Source: an uncultured Nitrospinaceae bacterium (GTDB lineage Bacteria > UBA8248). From it: a stretch of 45,854 nt of DNA. The stretch lies in assembly GCA_964620535.1 (NCBI GenBank), contig CAZUHN010000095.1:1-45854 (forward strand). Direction: 5' to 3'. The notes beneath the pieces are model-generated. The model was given only the letters and a program-made list of their open reading frames with translations. It searched no databases and was not told where the DNA came from. Shown here one piece after another: positions 28,359 through 36,263 of this stretch. A program made the position numbers and the translations under genes. The number at the start of each line of letters is the position of its first letter. Within the stretch, counting starts at the first letter, position 1.

Positions 28359-29245
28359 GCGACGAGCAGACGCGCCTCGAGCCTTTCGATAAAGGGGGTC
28401 GGGGACTGGAAGGGGACACCGACCCGCGGCGGGTTATCACCCTTCTCACCGATTTCGGCGTATCGGACCATTATGTGTCAGTCATGAAAGGGGTAATGCT
28501 TGATATTAATCCAAATATCCAGATCATCGATATTTCCCACACCATCCGACCTTTTGAGATCCAAGAAGCGTCTGTAATCCTGGCCGCGGCCTATCACTAC
28601 TTTCCCAAGGGGACAATTCACGTCGGGGTGGTCGACCCAGGCGTGGGGAGCGATAGAAGGGGGATCCTCACTGTTACCGAAAATTATTATTTTGTCGGAC
28701 CGGACAACGGCATATTCTCATACGCTTTAGAAGATCCCGCCTACCTGTGGACACGGGAATTGCGGACGGTGGATTTCTTTCTGGATAGAGTGAGTTCAAC
28801 TTTTCACGGACGTGATGTTTTCGCACCCGTCGCCGGATATCTTTCCACGGAGGAAGCGGCCGAAAAGTTCGGACCCATCGTGTCCGATCCCATTAAACTG
28901 GCCAACGTCAAGGCCGATATGGATTCCCAGGGTACGATATGGGGTGAGGTGATATATATCGACCGTTTCGGCAACTTGATTACGAACATCGAAACAGGCG
29001 TTTTCTGGGAAGGGGAACTCCGGGTGGGGGAGGAAGAGAATGAGTGCATGCCGGTGATTGAAATCGGTGATAATATTATCAAGGGCATGAGCGAATATTA
29101 TCAAGAAACCCTGGAAGGTCAGATCGGCGCCCATTTCAATAGTTGGTCCCGTTTGGAGATTTTCGTTCCGGCCGGAAACGCCGCCCAAACCATACAAGTG
29201 AAAAAGGGCGCTCCGGTGTCTGTGCGGTTCGAGGTAAGCGCCTGA
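28355..29245 (+). CDS. SAM hydroxide adenosyltransferase family protein (DUF62)
   Basis: ITLLTDFGVSDHYVSVMKGVM...IIDISH...VVDPGVGS...FVGPDNG...FHGRDVFAP...YIDRFGNLITNI. The start overlaps the mtaB stop (ATGA). Confidence 0.8.
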   Translation: MSDEQTRLEPFDKGGRGLEGDTDPRRVITLLTDFGVSDHYVSVMKGVMLDINPNIQIIDISHTIRPFEIQEASVILAAAYHYFPKGTIHVGVVDPGVGSDRRGILTVTENYYFVGPDNGIFSYALEDPAYLWTRELRTVDFFLDRVSSTFHGRDVFAPVAGYLSTEEAAEKFGPIVSDPIKLANVKADMDSQGTIWGEVIYIDRFGNLITNIETGVFWEGELRVGEEENECMPVIEIGDNIIKGMSEYYQETLEGQIGAHFNSWSRLEIFVPAGNAAQTIQVKKGAPVSVRFEVSA

Positions 29246-29337
29246 GAATATTCCGGTTGCCTGATATTCGCGCGAGCTAACTGGTGGGGAGGGTGGGAGC
29301 GATTTCCTTCCGTCCCCTTTTCGAAAGGAGTGATTCG

Positions 29338-29994
29338 GTGATCCACGCTCCGGTCCGCTTCAAGGTGTTCAGCGATTTTCTTTGACCCTGGTGCTTCAAT
29401 TCGGCCGTGCGCCTGAACAAAATCCAGGATGAATATGGAGACAAGGTAGATATCGAGTATCGCTCGTTTCTCCTCCGCCCAGAGCCCGACCCGGACTGCG
29501 TTTTTAATGATTACAGGCGCGCGCATTGGATAAATGCAAACGACCAGCTCGAATCCGGCGATTTTCGAATGTGGGAAAGCGATGAAAAATTCCCCGTCTG
29601 CTCGATAGTTTCGGCCGAGGCGGGCTTGGCCGCCCGCGACCAAGGGAAGGCCTTTTGGGATCGCTTTCATTTGAATCTTCTGACCGCTTTTTTCACCGAA
29701 AACCGGAACATCTCCGACGCGGCCGTACTGATGGGCGTCGCCGAGGAGAGTGGCCTGGACGTTGATTCATTCCGGGACGATCTTGAGAGCGGTGTGAATC
29801 GCCGCCGGGTGGTCGAGGAGTATGTCGAAGCGGTAAACCGGTACGGCATTTCAGGGATCCCCTCCGTCGTCGTAAACGAGGAGGCAGTCATGGTGGGCGC
29901 GGTGCCGAGCGAACACTACCGGCACGTGATAGATAACATCCTAGAAACGGGAGTGCTTCCCAAAAAGTTCTCTGGTGACCTGCCGACGGTATGA
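29338..29994 (+). CDS. DsbA/FrnE-like thiol:disulfide oxidoreductase with in-frame TGA (candidate selenocysteine) in the redox motif
   Basis: GTG 29338 lies 7 nt after AAAGGAG. Translation is MIHAPVRFKVFSDFL-TGA(29383-29385)-PWCFNSAVRLNKIQDEYGDKVDIEYRSFLLRP..., and the TGA occupies the first Cys of the family motif SDFxCPWC. The track ORF 29407..29994 is the part after the TGA. The C-terminal GISGIPSVVV is typical of DsbA-like proteins. Confidence 0.7.
29400..29417 (+). promoter_or_regulatory. candidate SECIS-like hairpin downstream of the in-frame TGA
   Basis: UUCGGC-CGUGC-GCC(U)GAA is a 6-bp stem with one bulged U and a 5-nt loop containing GU, starting 14 nt after the UGA. Alternative pairings exist (GGUGC 29390-29394 with GCGCC 29409-29413; CCUGG with CCAGG). 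Nothing was evaluated computationally. Confidence 0.3.
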
Positions 29995-30044
29995 CGTAGG
30001 GAGCCGATACAAGGTCGGCCCGCCCGCGTGGTGAGGATTGCAAT

Positions 30045-31052
30045 CTGAATCATCCTGGTTTTTCCGGCTGTATTACCGATGTTCCTGGCTTTTCCCTGGG
30101 CCACTTTCATGACCTTGACGCGTTCACCGGCGTCACCGTCATTCTTTGTCCCGCCGAAACAACCGCCGCCTGTGAACTGCGCGGAACAGCCACTGCGACT
30201 CGCGGGATCGATGCCCTTCGCCCGGAGCATCTCGTTGGTTGGCCGCAGCACGTTGCCGGATACCTTGACGCCATCGTCTTCGCGGGCGGAAGCGCCTTCG
30301 GGCTCGCGGCGGCGGGCGGTGTGATGCAATTCCTCGAGGAGCGGGGAAGGGGCCTGTTCACGGGAAGATACCGTGTTCCCGCGGCGGCGGCGGCGGTTAT
30401 ATTCGATCTCAATTTCGGGCGCGGCGATGTACGGCCGGACGAGGCGATGGGCCGTGCCGCCTGCGAAGCGGCCACCGATAGAGAGGGGCCGCAGGGAAGC
30501 ATCGGAGCCGGAACGGGCGCGACCGTAGGAAAGTTATTGGGAATGAAGCGCGCCATGAAAGGGGGGCTCGGCACGGCTAGCATCATCCTTCCGGGAGGAG
30601 GGGTCGTTGCCGCGATCGCAGTGGTGAACGCCTACGGAGGAGTTCACAATGTTGAATCGGGGGAATTCCTGGCGGGGCCGCGAGCAGAGCCACCCGAAGA
30701 AGGTTTTGTCGATACCTCGTTGTATTTGAGGACAAAGGGTCGGCCCTTTGAGGGTTTTTCGGGCACGGAAGGAAACACAACCTTGGTTGCAGTGGCGACG
30801 GACGTGGCTCTTACGAAAACCCAAACCCAGAAGCTCGCCCAAATGGCGGCGAATGGATTGATTCTCACCGTGCGTCCTTCCTATACGACTGTGGACGGAG
30901 ACGTGGCCTTCGCCCTCTCTTGCGGGCGCCGGCAGGCCAACCTCGATGAGGTCGGAGCAGCGGCCCAGGATACCGTGGCGCGTGCCCTACGCCGTTCCAT
31001 CGTAGAAGCGAACGGTTTCGGTCTTCTCCCCGCCCACCGGGATTTGCGGTGA
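30045..31052 (+). CDS. peptidase family S58 / DmpA-like (P1 aminopeptidase family), start codon unresolved
   Basis: Family similarity runs from ITDVPGFSLGH (30072), through TGVTVIL, AIVFAGGSAFGLAAAGGVMQFLEERG, VIFDL, GAGTGATVGKLLG..MKGGLGTAS, to the self-processing site GNTTLVAVATD. There is no in-frame ATG, GTG or TTG between stop 29997 and 30321. CTG 30045 lies 7 nt after GAGGA. The track ORF 30321..31052 is N-terminally truncated. Confidence 0.75.
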   Translation: MNHPGFSGCITDVPGFSLGHFHDLDAFTGVTVILCPAETTAACELRGTATATRGIDALRPEHLVGWPQHVAGYLDAIVFAGGSAFGLAAAGGVMQFLEERGRGLFTGRYRVPAAAAAVIFDLNFGRGDVRPDEAMGRAACEAATDREGPQGSIGAGTGATVGKLLGMKRAMKGGLGTASIILPGGGVVAAIAVVNAYGGVHNVESGEFLAGPRAEPPEEGFVDTSLYLRTKGRPFEGFSGTEGNTTLVAVATDVALTKTQTQKLAQMAANGLILTVRPSYTTVDGDVAFALSCGRRQANLDEVGAAAQDTVARALRRSIVEANGFGLLPAHRDLR

Positions 31053-31113
31053 GGACGCAGGGCCAGTTGACGCCTCGGCGTACAGTATGCTTTTTTTGAC
31101 CGGTGTTTCGCTG

Positions 31114-31188
31114 GCGGGAATAGCTCAGCGGTAGAGCACTGCCTTGCCAAGGCAGGGGTCGGGGGTTCAAATCCCCTTTCCCGCTCCA
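31114..31188 (+). tRNA. tRNA-Gly (anticodon GCC)
   Basis: The cloverleaf folds by hand. Acceptor is GCGGGAA/TTCCCGC and the D arm is GCTC-AGCGGTA-GAGC. The anticodon arm is CTGCC-TTGCCAA-GGCAG, with GCC at 31146-31148. The T arm is GGGGG-TTCAAAT-CCCCT, followed by an encoded CCA. Confidence 0.9.
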
Positions 31189-31218
31189 GGGAAATCAAAG
31201 GGTTGGCGAAAGCCAGCT
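31164..31218 (+). repeat. direct repeat copy A: tRNA-Gly 3' end plus downstream hairpin (att-like)
   Basis: GGTTCAAATCCCCTTTCCCGCTCCAGGGAAATCAAAGGGTTGGCGAAAGCCAGC. The 26-nt core 31177-31202 is identical to 36091-36116. Confidence 0.8.
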
Positions 31219-31229
31219 CTTTTCTTTTT
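31202..31229 (+). terminator. rho-independent terminator after tRNA-Gly
   Basis: GTTGGC-GAAA-GCCAGC hairpin followed by TCTTTTCTTTTT. Confidence 0.55.
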
Positions 31230-31558
31230 GGCTCGGTGCCTAAATAGTGCCTATGGAGCATGTGACCTGCCCCCGATAGTGGTACCACCCCTCATGTTAG
31301 TCCTTCAGTCACCTCCTCAGGAGGGCGAAGCGTAGCTTGGCCGTCGAGAATCTTTTTTTGCGAAAACAACTCGCATTTATGCAGGAGCCAGGCTGCTCCA
31401 CGGTCTCCCGAAACTCAGGTCACGGTGGTCTCCCGTCCGCGCCGACTCTCCATGGGGAGTCGACACTCATTATCTTACTAGTATGGCAAGGAAGAGTTCT
31501 TATGGGATTGATACAAGGTCAGTAGAATGGTTTCAGAGGATCCAGGAAGGAGGACGTG

Positions 31559-33910
31559 ATGACAGGAGGAAACTTTTTGCAGAATAAGCCGTTTTGTCTG
31601 GAAGAAACAACGATTGATGAGTTGCACACCGCGATCAAGTCAGGGCAGACGACCTGCGTGGAGATCGTTCAACACTATATCGACCGCGTTCGCACCTACA
31701 ATGGGGGCGCCAGTATGCTCGTGACAGAAGACGGCGGTCCCGTCCCCGAAGCGCCGTGTGCCGTGCGCGGGAAGGAGGCGTTCTGCTTCCCGACGCAGAC
31801 CCTTAAGGCCGACACGGTCCTGCCTGATCTCGACAAGTACAAGGGGCCGCCGCTCGAATACGGCCGCATGGAGGCGACGGCCTCCGACCCCAGCGTGCAA
31901 CAGCAGTTAGGGATGATCGCTGGCATTCCGAACGCCGGGCAGCTGAACGCACTCGCCACCCTCAACATACGGGGCGAGCGTTCAGTCACCTGCCACGGTG
32001 ATTTCGACAGGCACCCCTCCGAGGGACCGCTTCCCCCCGGCGCCCCTCCCGTGTGCGACATGTTCCGCCGGATGCCCGACGCGCTCGAGCGCGCAGCCGA
32101 GCTCGACGCCATCTACGGGCGCAATCCCGATCTGGAAAAGATGCCGATGTACGGCGTTGTCTTCTCGTTCAAGGATTCGTTTGACACGAAGGACATGCGG
32201 TCCACGGGCGGAGGCGACGCGCGCTACGATATCGACTTTCCCGCACGCGATCACGCGCTGGTCGATCAGCTACGTAACAAGGGTGCGATCATCTTCGCCA
32301 AAGCGGTTTGTACCGAGTACAACGGACGGGCGGGTAATCCGGGCGGCCGCCACGAGCCCGAGAAAGTGCTGCCCTCGACGCTGGGCTACCAGCGCAGCAC
32401 CTGGGCCGGCAATCCCGTCAACCCCTACGACACGACGCGCGCGGCCTCCCTGGGATCGAGCTCAGGGTCAGGTTCCTCAGTCAGCGCCAATCTGGTGATG
32501 GCCAGTCTTGGCGAGGAGACGCGGGCGTCGACCCGCGGCCCGGCCAACCACAATGCCGTGGCGCTCATCCTGCCCCACAAGGCGATGCTCGGTTTCATCG
32601 GCGGTGCCATCGGCGCGGATATCTATTGCGACCGCACCGGCATCCTGTGTCGCACGATCGGCGATTGCGCCAAGGTCCTCGACGCCCTGGATGACCCTGT
32701 CGAGGGTTATTACGACCCGCGTGACCCCTTCACGACTGTGCCGCGCTCTTCGGTGCTGGGAACGCCCTACGCAAGCCATACGGCCATGCCGGGAACACAG
32801 GGCATCCTCAATGGCATGCGCATCGGGATCATCCGGGAGTCCATGATGATCTGGCCGGACTCGAAGAGCGAGATGCCGATCATCACCGCGGCCGCGAGGG
32901 AGATCAAGACAATTCTCGGCGGCAGACTCGGGGCTACGCTCGCGGAATCGACCGATCCCCTCTGGGAGCCAGACCCGGACATCGAGGTCATGAAGACGGA
33001 TTTCCGGCGCGCGCTCGCCAGGCTGGTGCCCGTATTCATGCCAGACATCCTGTTCCGACTGAGGCCGGACGGACAGCCCCTCTTCAAGGAGTTCGCGGCG
33101 GCGATCGTGCCGACCGAGTTCATGCCCGGAAAATTCTTCGGTACGGGGACCATGAAGCCGATCGACTACCTCGTCGAGCTGGCGGACGGAAGGATCACGC
33201 CCCCCTCGAACCTCGACCTTCCCACCGTCCAGCAGTGGGAGGTGTCGATGACGTTCCGATATCACATCCACCAGTACCTGTCCCGGCGCGCCGCTGACTG
33301 GAAGGCTTGCGGCTTCACCGAGACCCTCGTCGACTTCGCCTCCCTCAACGCGCGCTCCAAGTTCTGGGGAGACGATCAGCGCGCCGCCTTCAAGAACTGG
33401 GAGGAGGTGTCCGACCCCCGGAACCCCCACGGCCAGCGCCAATCCGTCAGCGAGCGCATCATGCTGCGCGAGCTGCTGCGCCGAGTGGACATGATGGTGA
33501 TCCTGGAGAACCATCTGGATGTGCTGGTCCGCCTTCACACGCCGTTTCCGCCGGGAAAGATCGGCGGTCCCAGCTCGTCGGGAATTTGGCATAATCTGCG
33601 CCCGGAATCATTCAACGGTCCGAACGCGGGTTTGACGGAGGTTCTGATCCCGGCGGGCTACGTCACCACCGTCTACGATCCGGTCTTCGCGCTCAGTCCG
33701 GATCGCACGCACTACGTGTCGCTCCCATCGGAGAAGCACGCCAAGATCCCGGATCCCGGGTTACCCTTTTCCCTTGTCTTTCGGGCCGAACCGGGCAAGG
33801 AAGATATCCTTCTGAAGGTCGCGTCGGCGTATGAAGCTGCCTCGAAACGCCGCATACCTCCGCCAGCTTTTGGCCCGCTGCCGGCGAAATCTCGTGGAGC
33901 CGCATCCTAG
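31559..33910 (+). CDS. large divergent amidase-signature (AS) family protein (about 783 aa)
   Basis: FSFKDSFD (catalytic Lys region), Gly/Ser-rich LGSSSGSGSSVSANL, and LGEETRASTRGPA in place of the usual GTDTGGSIRxPA. ATG 31559 follows AGGAAGGAGGA. Confidence 0.75.
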   Translation: MTGGNFLQNKPFCLEETTIDELHTAIKSGQTTCVEIVQHYIDRVRTYNGGASMLVTEDGGPVPEAPCAVRGKEAFCFPTQTLKADTVLPDLDKYKGPPLEYGRMEATASDPSVQQQLGMIAGIPNAGQLNALATLNIRGERSVTCHGDFDRHPSEGPLPPGAPPVCDMFRRMPDALERAAELDAIYGRNPDLEKMPMYGVVFSFKDSFDTKDMRSTGGGDARYDIDFPARDHALVDQLRNKGAIIFAKAVCTEYNGRAGNPGGRHEPEKVLPSTLGYQRSTWAGNPVNPYDTTRAASLGSSSGSGSSVSANLVMASLGEETRASTRGPANHNAVALILPHKAMLGFIGGAIGADIYCDRTGILCRTIGDCAKVLDALDDPVEGYYDPRDPFTTVPRSSVLGTPYASHTAMPGTQGILNGMRIGIIRESMMIWPDSKSEMPIITAAAREIKTILGGRLGATLAESTDPLWEPDPDIEVMKTDFRRALARLVPVFMPDILFRLRPDGQPLFKEFAAAIVPTEFMPGKFFGTGTMKPIDYLVELADGRITPPSNLDLPTVQQWEVSMTFRYHIHQYLSRRAADWKACGFTETLVDFASLNARSKFWGDDQRAAFKNWEEVSDPRNPHGQRQSVSERIMLRELLRRVDMMVILENHLDVLVRLHTPFPPGKIGGPSSSGIWHNLRPESFNGPNAGLTEVLIPAGYVTTVYDPVFALSPDRTHYVSLPSEKHAKIPDPGLPFSLVFRAEPGKEDILLKVASAYEAASKRRIPPPAFGPLPAKSRGAAS

Positions 33911-34243
33911 AACACATTCGGGCCGGCTGCGCTCCGCAATAAATTAGATCCTCAAGAATCTAGGCATTTATTGACTCACTGACCGCCGTCCTATCCAAAA
34001 ATCCGTACGGCGAACAGGTACACTTTCGGTTTGTCTCCGTTGATCTAGTGGGGTACAGCACGAAAAGAAATCCCAGAGGCTGGAACTTTTTATTCATATG
34101 GACGGATTCTCCCTTTTCAATTGAATGCAATGAAGAATGGTCAGATCGCAAACACTTGTAGAAAAGGGGGGGGCGGTTCAGTCTGGTTTTGGACACGACA
34201 GGTTGATGCCCGCGCCGGAAACGAGTTTTATCGCCAAAACCAA

Positions 34244-35662
34244 CTAGGAGACAGGCGGGCGACGGCTTCGAATCTCGGGTGTAGCTTCTTCGAATGCGTG
34301 GGCGATTCGAAGGAGAAGACCCTCGCTCCAGGGCGACCCCAGAATCTGGAGAGAGACGGGAAGGCCATCCGGGCTGAAACCGCTGGGGACGGCGATTGCC
34401 GGAACCCCCGTGAAGTTGTGGGAGCTAGTCAGTGGACCGCCAATAAATCGTAGTGACTTTTTCTGCCCGTTCACCTTTGTCACCTCGGTTTCGATGGGAC
34501 CTGTCACACAAGGATATGTGGGCAGTAGAAAGGCATCCACCGAGCGGAAGAGGTCGAGGATGGAGCGGCGGATCAATTCCTTCTCTCGGTGAGCCCAAAT
34601 GTATTCGTCCAACCTTATCTTTCTCCCGGCTTCGATGCGCTCGCGAGTGTCTTCTCCATACCCTTCGGGATGATTGGCGAAACGCTCGTGGTGCACGGAG
34701 AAAAGATCGGCGCGGCCAATGATGTCCCTTGCCTTCATAAGTCTATCCATTTCCGTGAAACGGACCTCCTTGATTTGTGCGCCCAGCTGGATGAACACCT
34801 TAACCGTCTCCTCGAAGGACTTCGTTACCACCGTGTCGATGTCTGTGGCCATGAAATCTTCGCAAAGGCCCAAACGCAGTTCCTTAACGCCTTTTTCGAT
34901 CTTGTCGCAGAAATCGGGAACCGTCCGATCTACCGAAACCGGGTCAAGGGGATCATAGCCCGCCATCCCCTGGAGGAGAAGCCCGCAGTCGCGCGCGCTG
35001 CGGGCAAGCGGTCCCGCGTGATCGAGACTCGTCACGTTGGGGTAGACTCCCCGGAGACTCACGAGTCCGTAGGTGGGTTTGAGCCCCACTACACCGCAAA
35101 GCGCCGCCGGCCCACGGATGGATCCGCCCGTGTCGCTCCCGGTGGCGGCCGGACAGAGGAAGGAGGCGACCGCCGCCGCGGAGCCTCCGCTCGACCCTCC
35201 AGGAATCATCTTCGGGTTCCAGGGATTGCGCGAATTACCAAAGAATGGATTCTTGGTGGTGGTGCCGGTGGCAAATTCATGTGTATTGCACTTCCCGATG
35301 AGGATCACCCCTGCCTCCTTCAGGCGGCGGATGGATTCGGCATCCTCGACCGGCACGTTTCCGCGGTAGAAGCTTGAACCATGGGTGGTGCGAACTCCCG
35401 CGGTGTCGAAGATGTCCTTCACCCCAAAAGGGATTCCGTGAAGAGGGCCGCGGAAATGACCGCGGAAGATCTCACCCTCTGCCACTTTCGCGGCCTGGAG
35501 CGCCTCCTCGCCGCATACGGTGATGAAGGCGCCCAGCTTTGAATTCAATGTTTCGATTCGCGCCAGATGTGTTTCTGCCACCTCAAGGGGGGACAGTTGC
35601 CTCGATCGGATGCGGCGTGCGAGCTCAAAGAGGGTGAGAAAACATAGCTCATTACTGCCCAT
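34244..35662 (-). CDS. amidase (amidase-signature family, GatA-like)
   Basis: Canonical motifs GIPFGVKDIFD, GGSSGGSAAAVA, ATGSDTGGSIRGPAALCGVVGLKPTYG. 472 aa. Confidence 0.9.
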   Translation of the reverse strand: MGSNELCFLTLFELARRIRSRQLSPLEVAETHLARIETLNSKLGAFITVCGEEALQAAKVAEGEIFRGHFRGPLHGIPFGVKDIFDTAGVRTTHGSSFYRGNVPVEDAESIRRLKEAGVILIGKCNTHEFATGTTTKNPFFGNSRNPWNPKMIPGGSSGGSAAAVASFLCPAATGSDTGGSIRGPAALCGVVGLKPTYGLVSLRGVYPNVTSLDHAGPLARSARDCGLLLQGMAGYDPLDPVSVDRTVPDFCDKIEKGVKELRLGLCEDFMATDIDTVVTKSFEETVKVFIQLGAQIKEVRFTEMDRLMKARDIIGRADLFSVHHERFANHPEGYGEDTRERIEAGRKIRLDEYIWAHREKELIRRSILDLFRSVDAFLLPTYPCVTGPIETEVTKVNGQKKSLRFIGGPLTSSHNFTGVPAIAVPSGFSPDGLPVSLQILGSPWSEGLLLRIAHAFEEATPEIRSRRPPVS

Positions 35663-36078
35663 GTCCGGACCTCAGCTTGTGGGGAAGGTGGACAGTGTGT
35701 CCCTCCTTCGGTTCTGGCTTCTCCGATAATTTCTGTTTCGATCTTTACTCGACGCTACGTGATTTCTTTGTGATCAACAAGCTCGCTGTTCAGCACCGTC
35801 GTGCTCGTGGCGTAGACCGCTTTTTTTATCAAGTTTTTGACAAAGCGGCCCCGCTTGGCTGTATATGGCGAATTGCCAATCAAGCGGCCACTGATTTCTG
35901 AAGAAGAAGTGGTCTACATCGAGTTGCTGATCAATAGGAAATCGTGCCGTAAGCCGGAACGGAGCCGTGAGATGGGGTGGGATGAAATCAGCCCAGATGG
36001 GATAAGCAAATTCCTTCAAGATTTTATTAACCGTGAAAAAACCATTCCCCCAAAGGTTTATGGGCGCTTTGGAATTAA

Positions 36079-36133
36079 GGTTCAAACCCGTTTCCCGCTC
36101 CAGGGAAATCAAAGGGCTGGTGAACACCAGTCC
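36079..36133 (+). repeat. direct repeat copy B: partial tRNA-Gly 3' end plus hairpin (att-like)
   Basis: GGTTCAAACCCGTTTCCCGCTCCAGGGAAATCAAAGGGCTGGTGAACACCAGTCC. It carries only the T-loop and 3' acceptor part of the tRNA and is followed by its own hairpin and T-rich run. Confidence 0.8.
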
Positions 36134-36263
36134 TTTATTAATTATGCATTTTCCCGTGTGACGCGCCCTGGATTTATCAGAAGTGCCTTTCTCCCTTTTT
36201 CCAGTTAAGATATATAAGTCTTCGTGACGAAAAATATTGGATTTCCATACCTTGGGGTGCAAC

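Noticed and set aside
29383-29385. Could the in-frame TGA reflect a genome-wide reassigned TGA (code 4 or 25)?
   Set aside because: TGA terminates several well-delimited genes here (hemC at 12095-12097, mtaB, the DsbA-like gene itself at 29992-29994). The genome is also GC-rich, unlike known TGA-reassigned lineages.
29991-29999. ATG-ACG-TAG in frame with the DmpA-like ORF: programmed TAG read-through or pyrrolysine?
   Set aside because: TAG is a normal stop for several genes in the window (hemX-like at 9779-9781, hemA at 11137-11139, the large amidase, RidA). Nothing Pyl-related is visible. A CTG start with a good SD, or a simple nonsense or base error, explains it more economically. Kept only as an alternative in the finding.
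31337-31525. 62-codon ORF next to tRNA-Gly with VENLFLRKQLAF, possibly a transposase N-terminal remnant.
   Set aside because: Only about 12 residues of vague resemblance recalled from memory, with no DDE or rve core in any frame. That is too weak to annotate as a mobile-element gene, so it is mentioned only as context for the islet.
32477-33592. 371-aa ORF antisense to the large amidase. Other ORFs of the same kind are 7665..8522 (antisense to pyrD), 40857..41669 (antisense to dctM) and 14473..15249.
   Set aside because: Same reasoning: no motifs, opposite strongly supported genes.
35881-35900. GCCACTG (B12-box-like core) in the islet spacer; MeaB elsewhere hints at B12 metabolism.
   Set aside because: None of the other conserved cobalamin-riboswitch segments are nearby, and no downstream gene lies on that strand.
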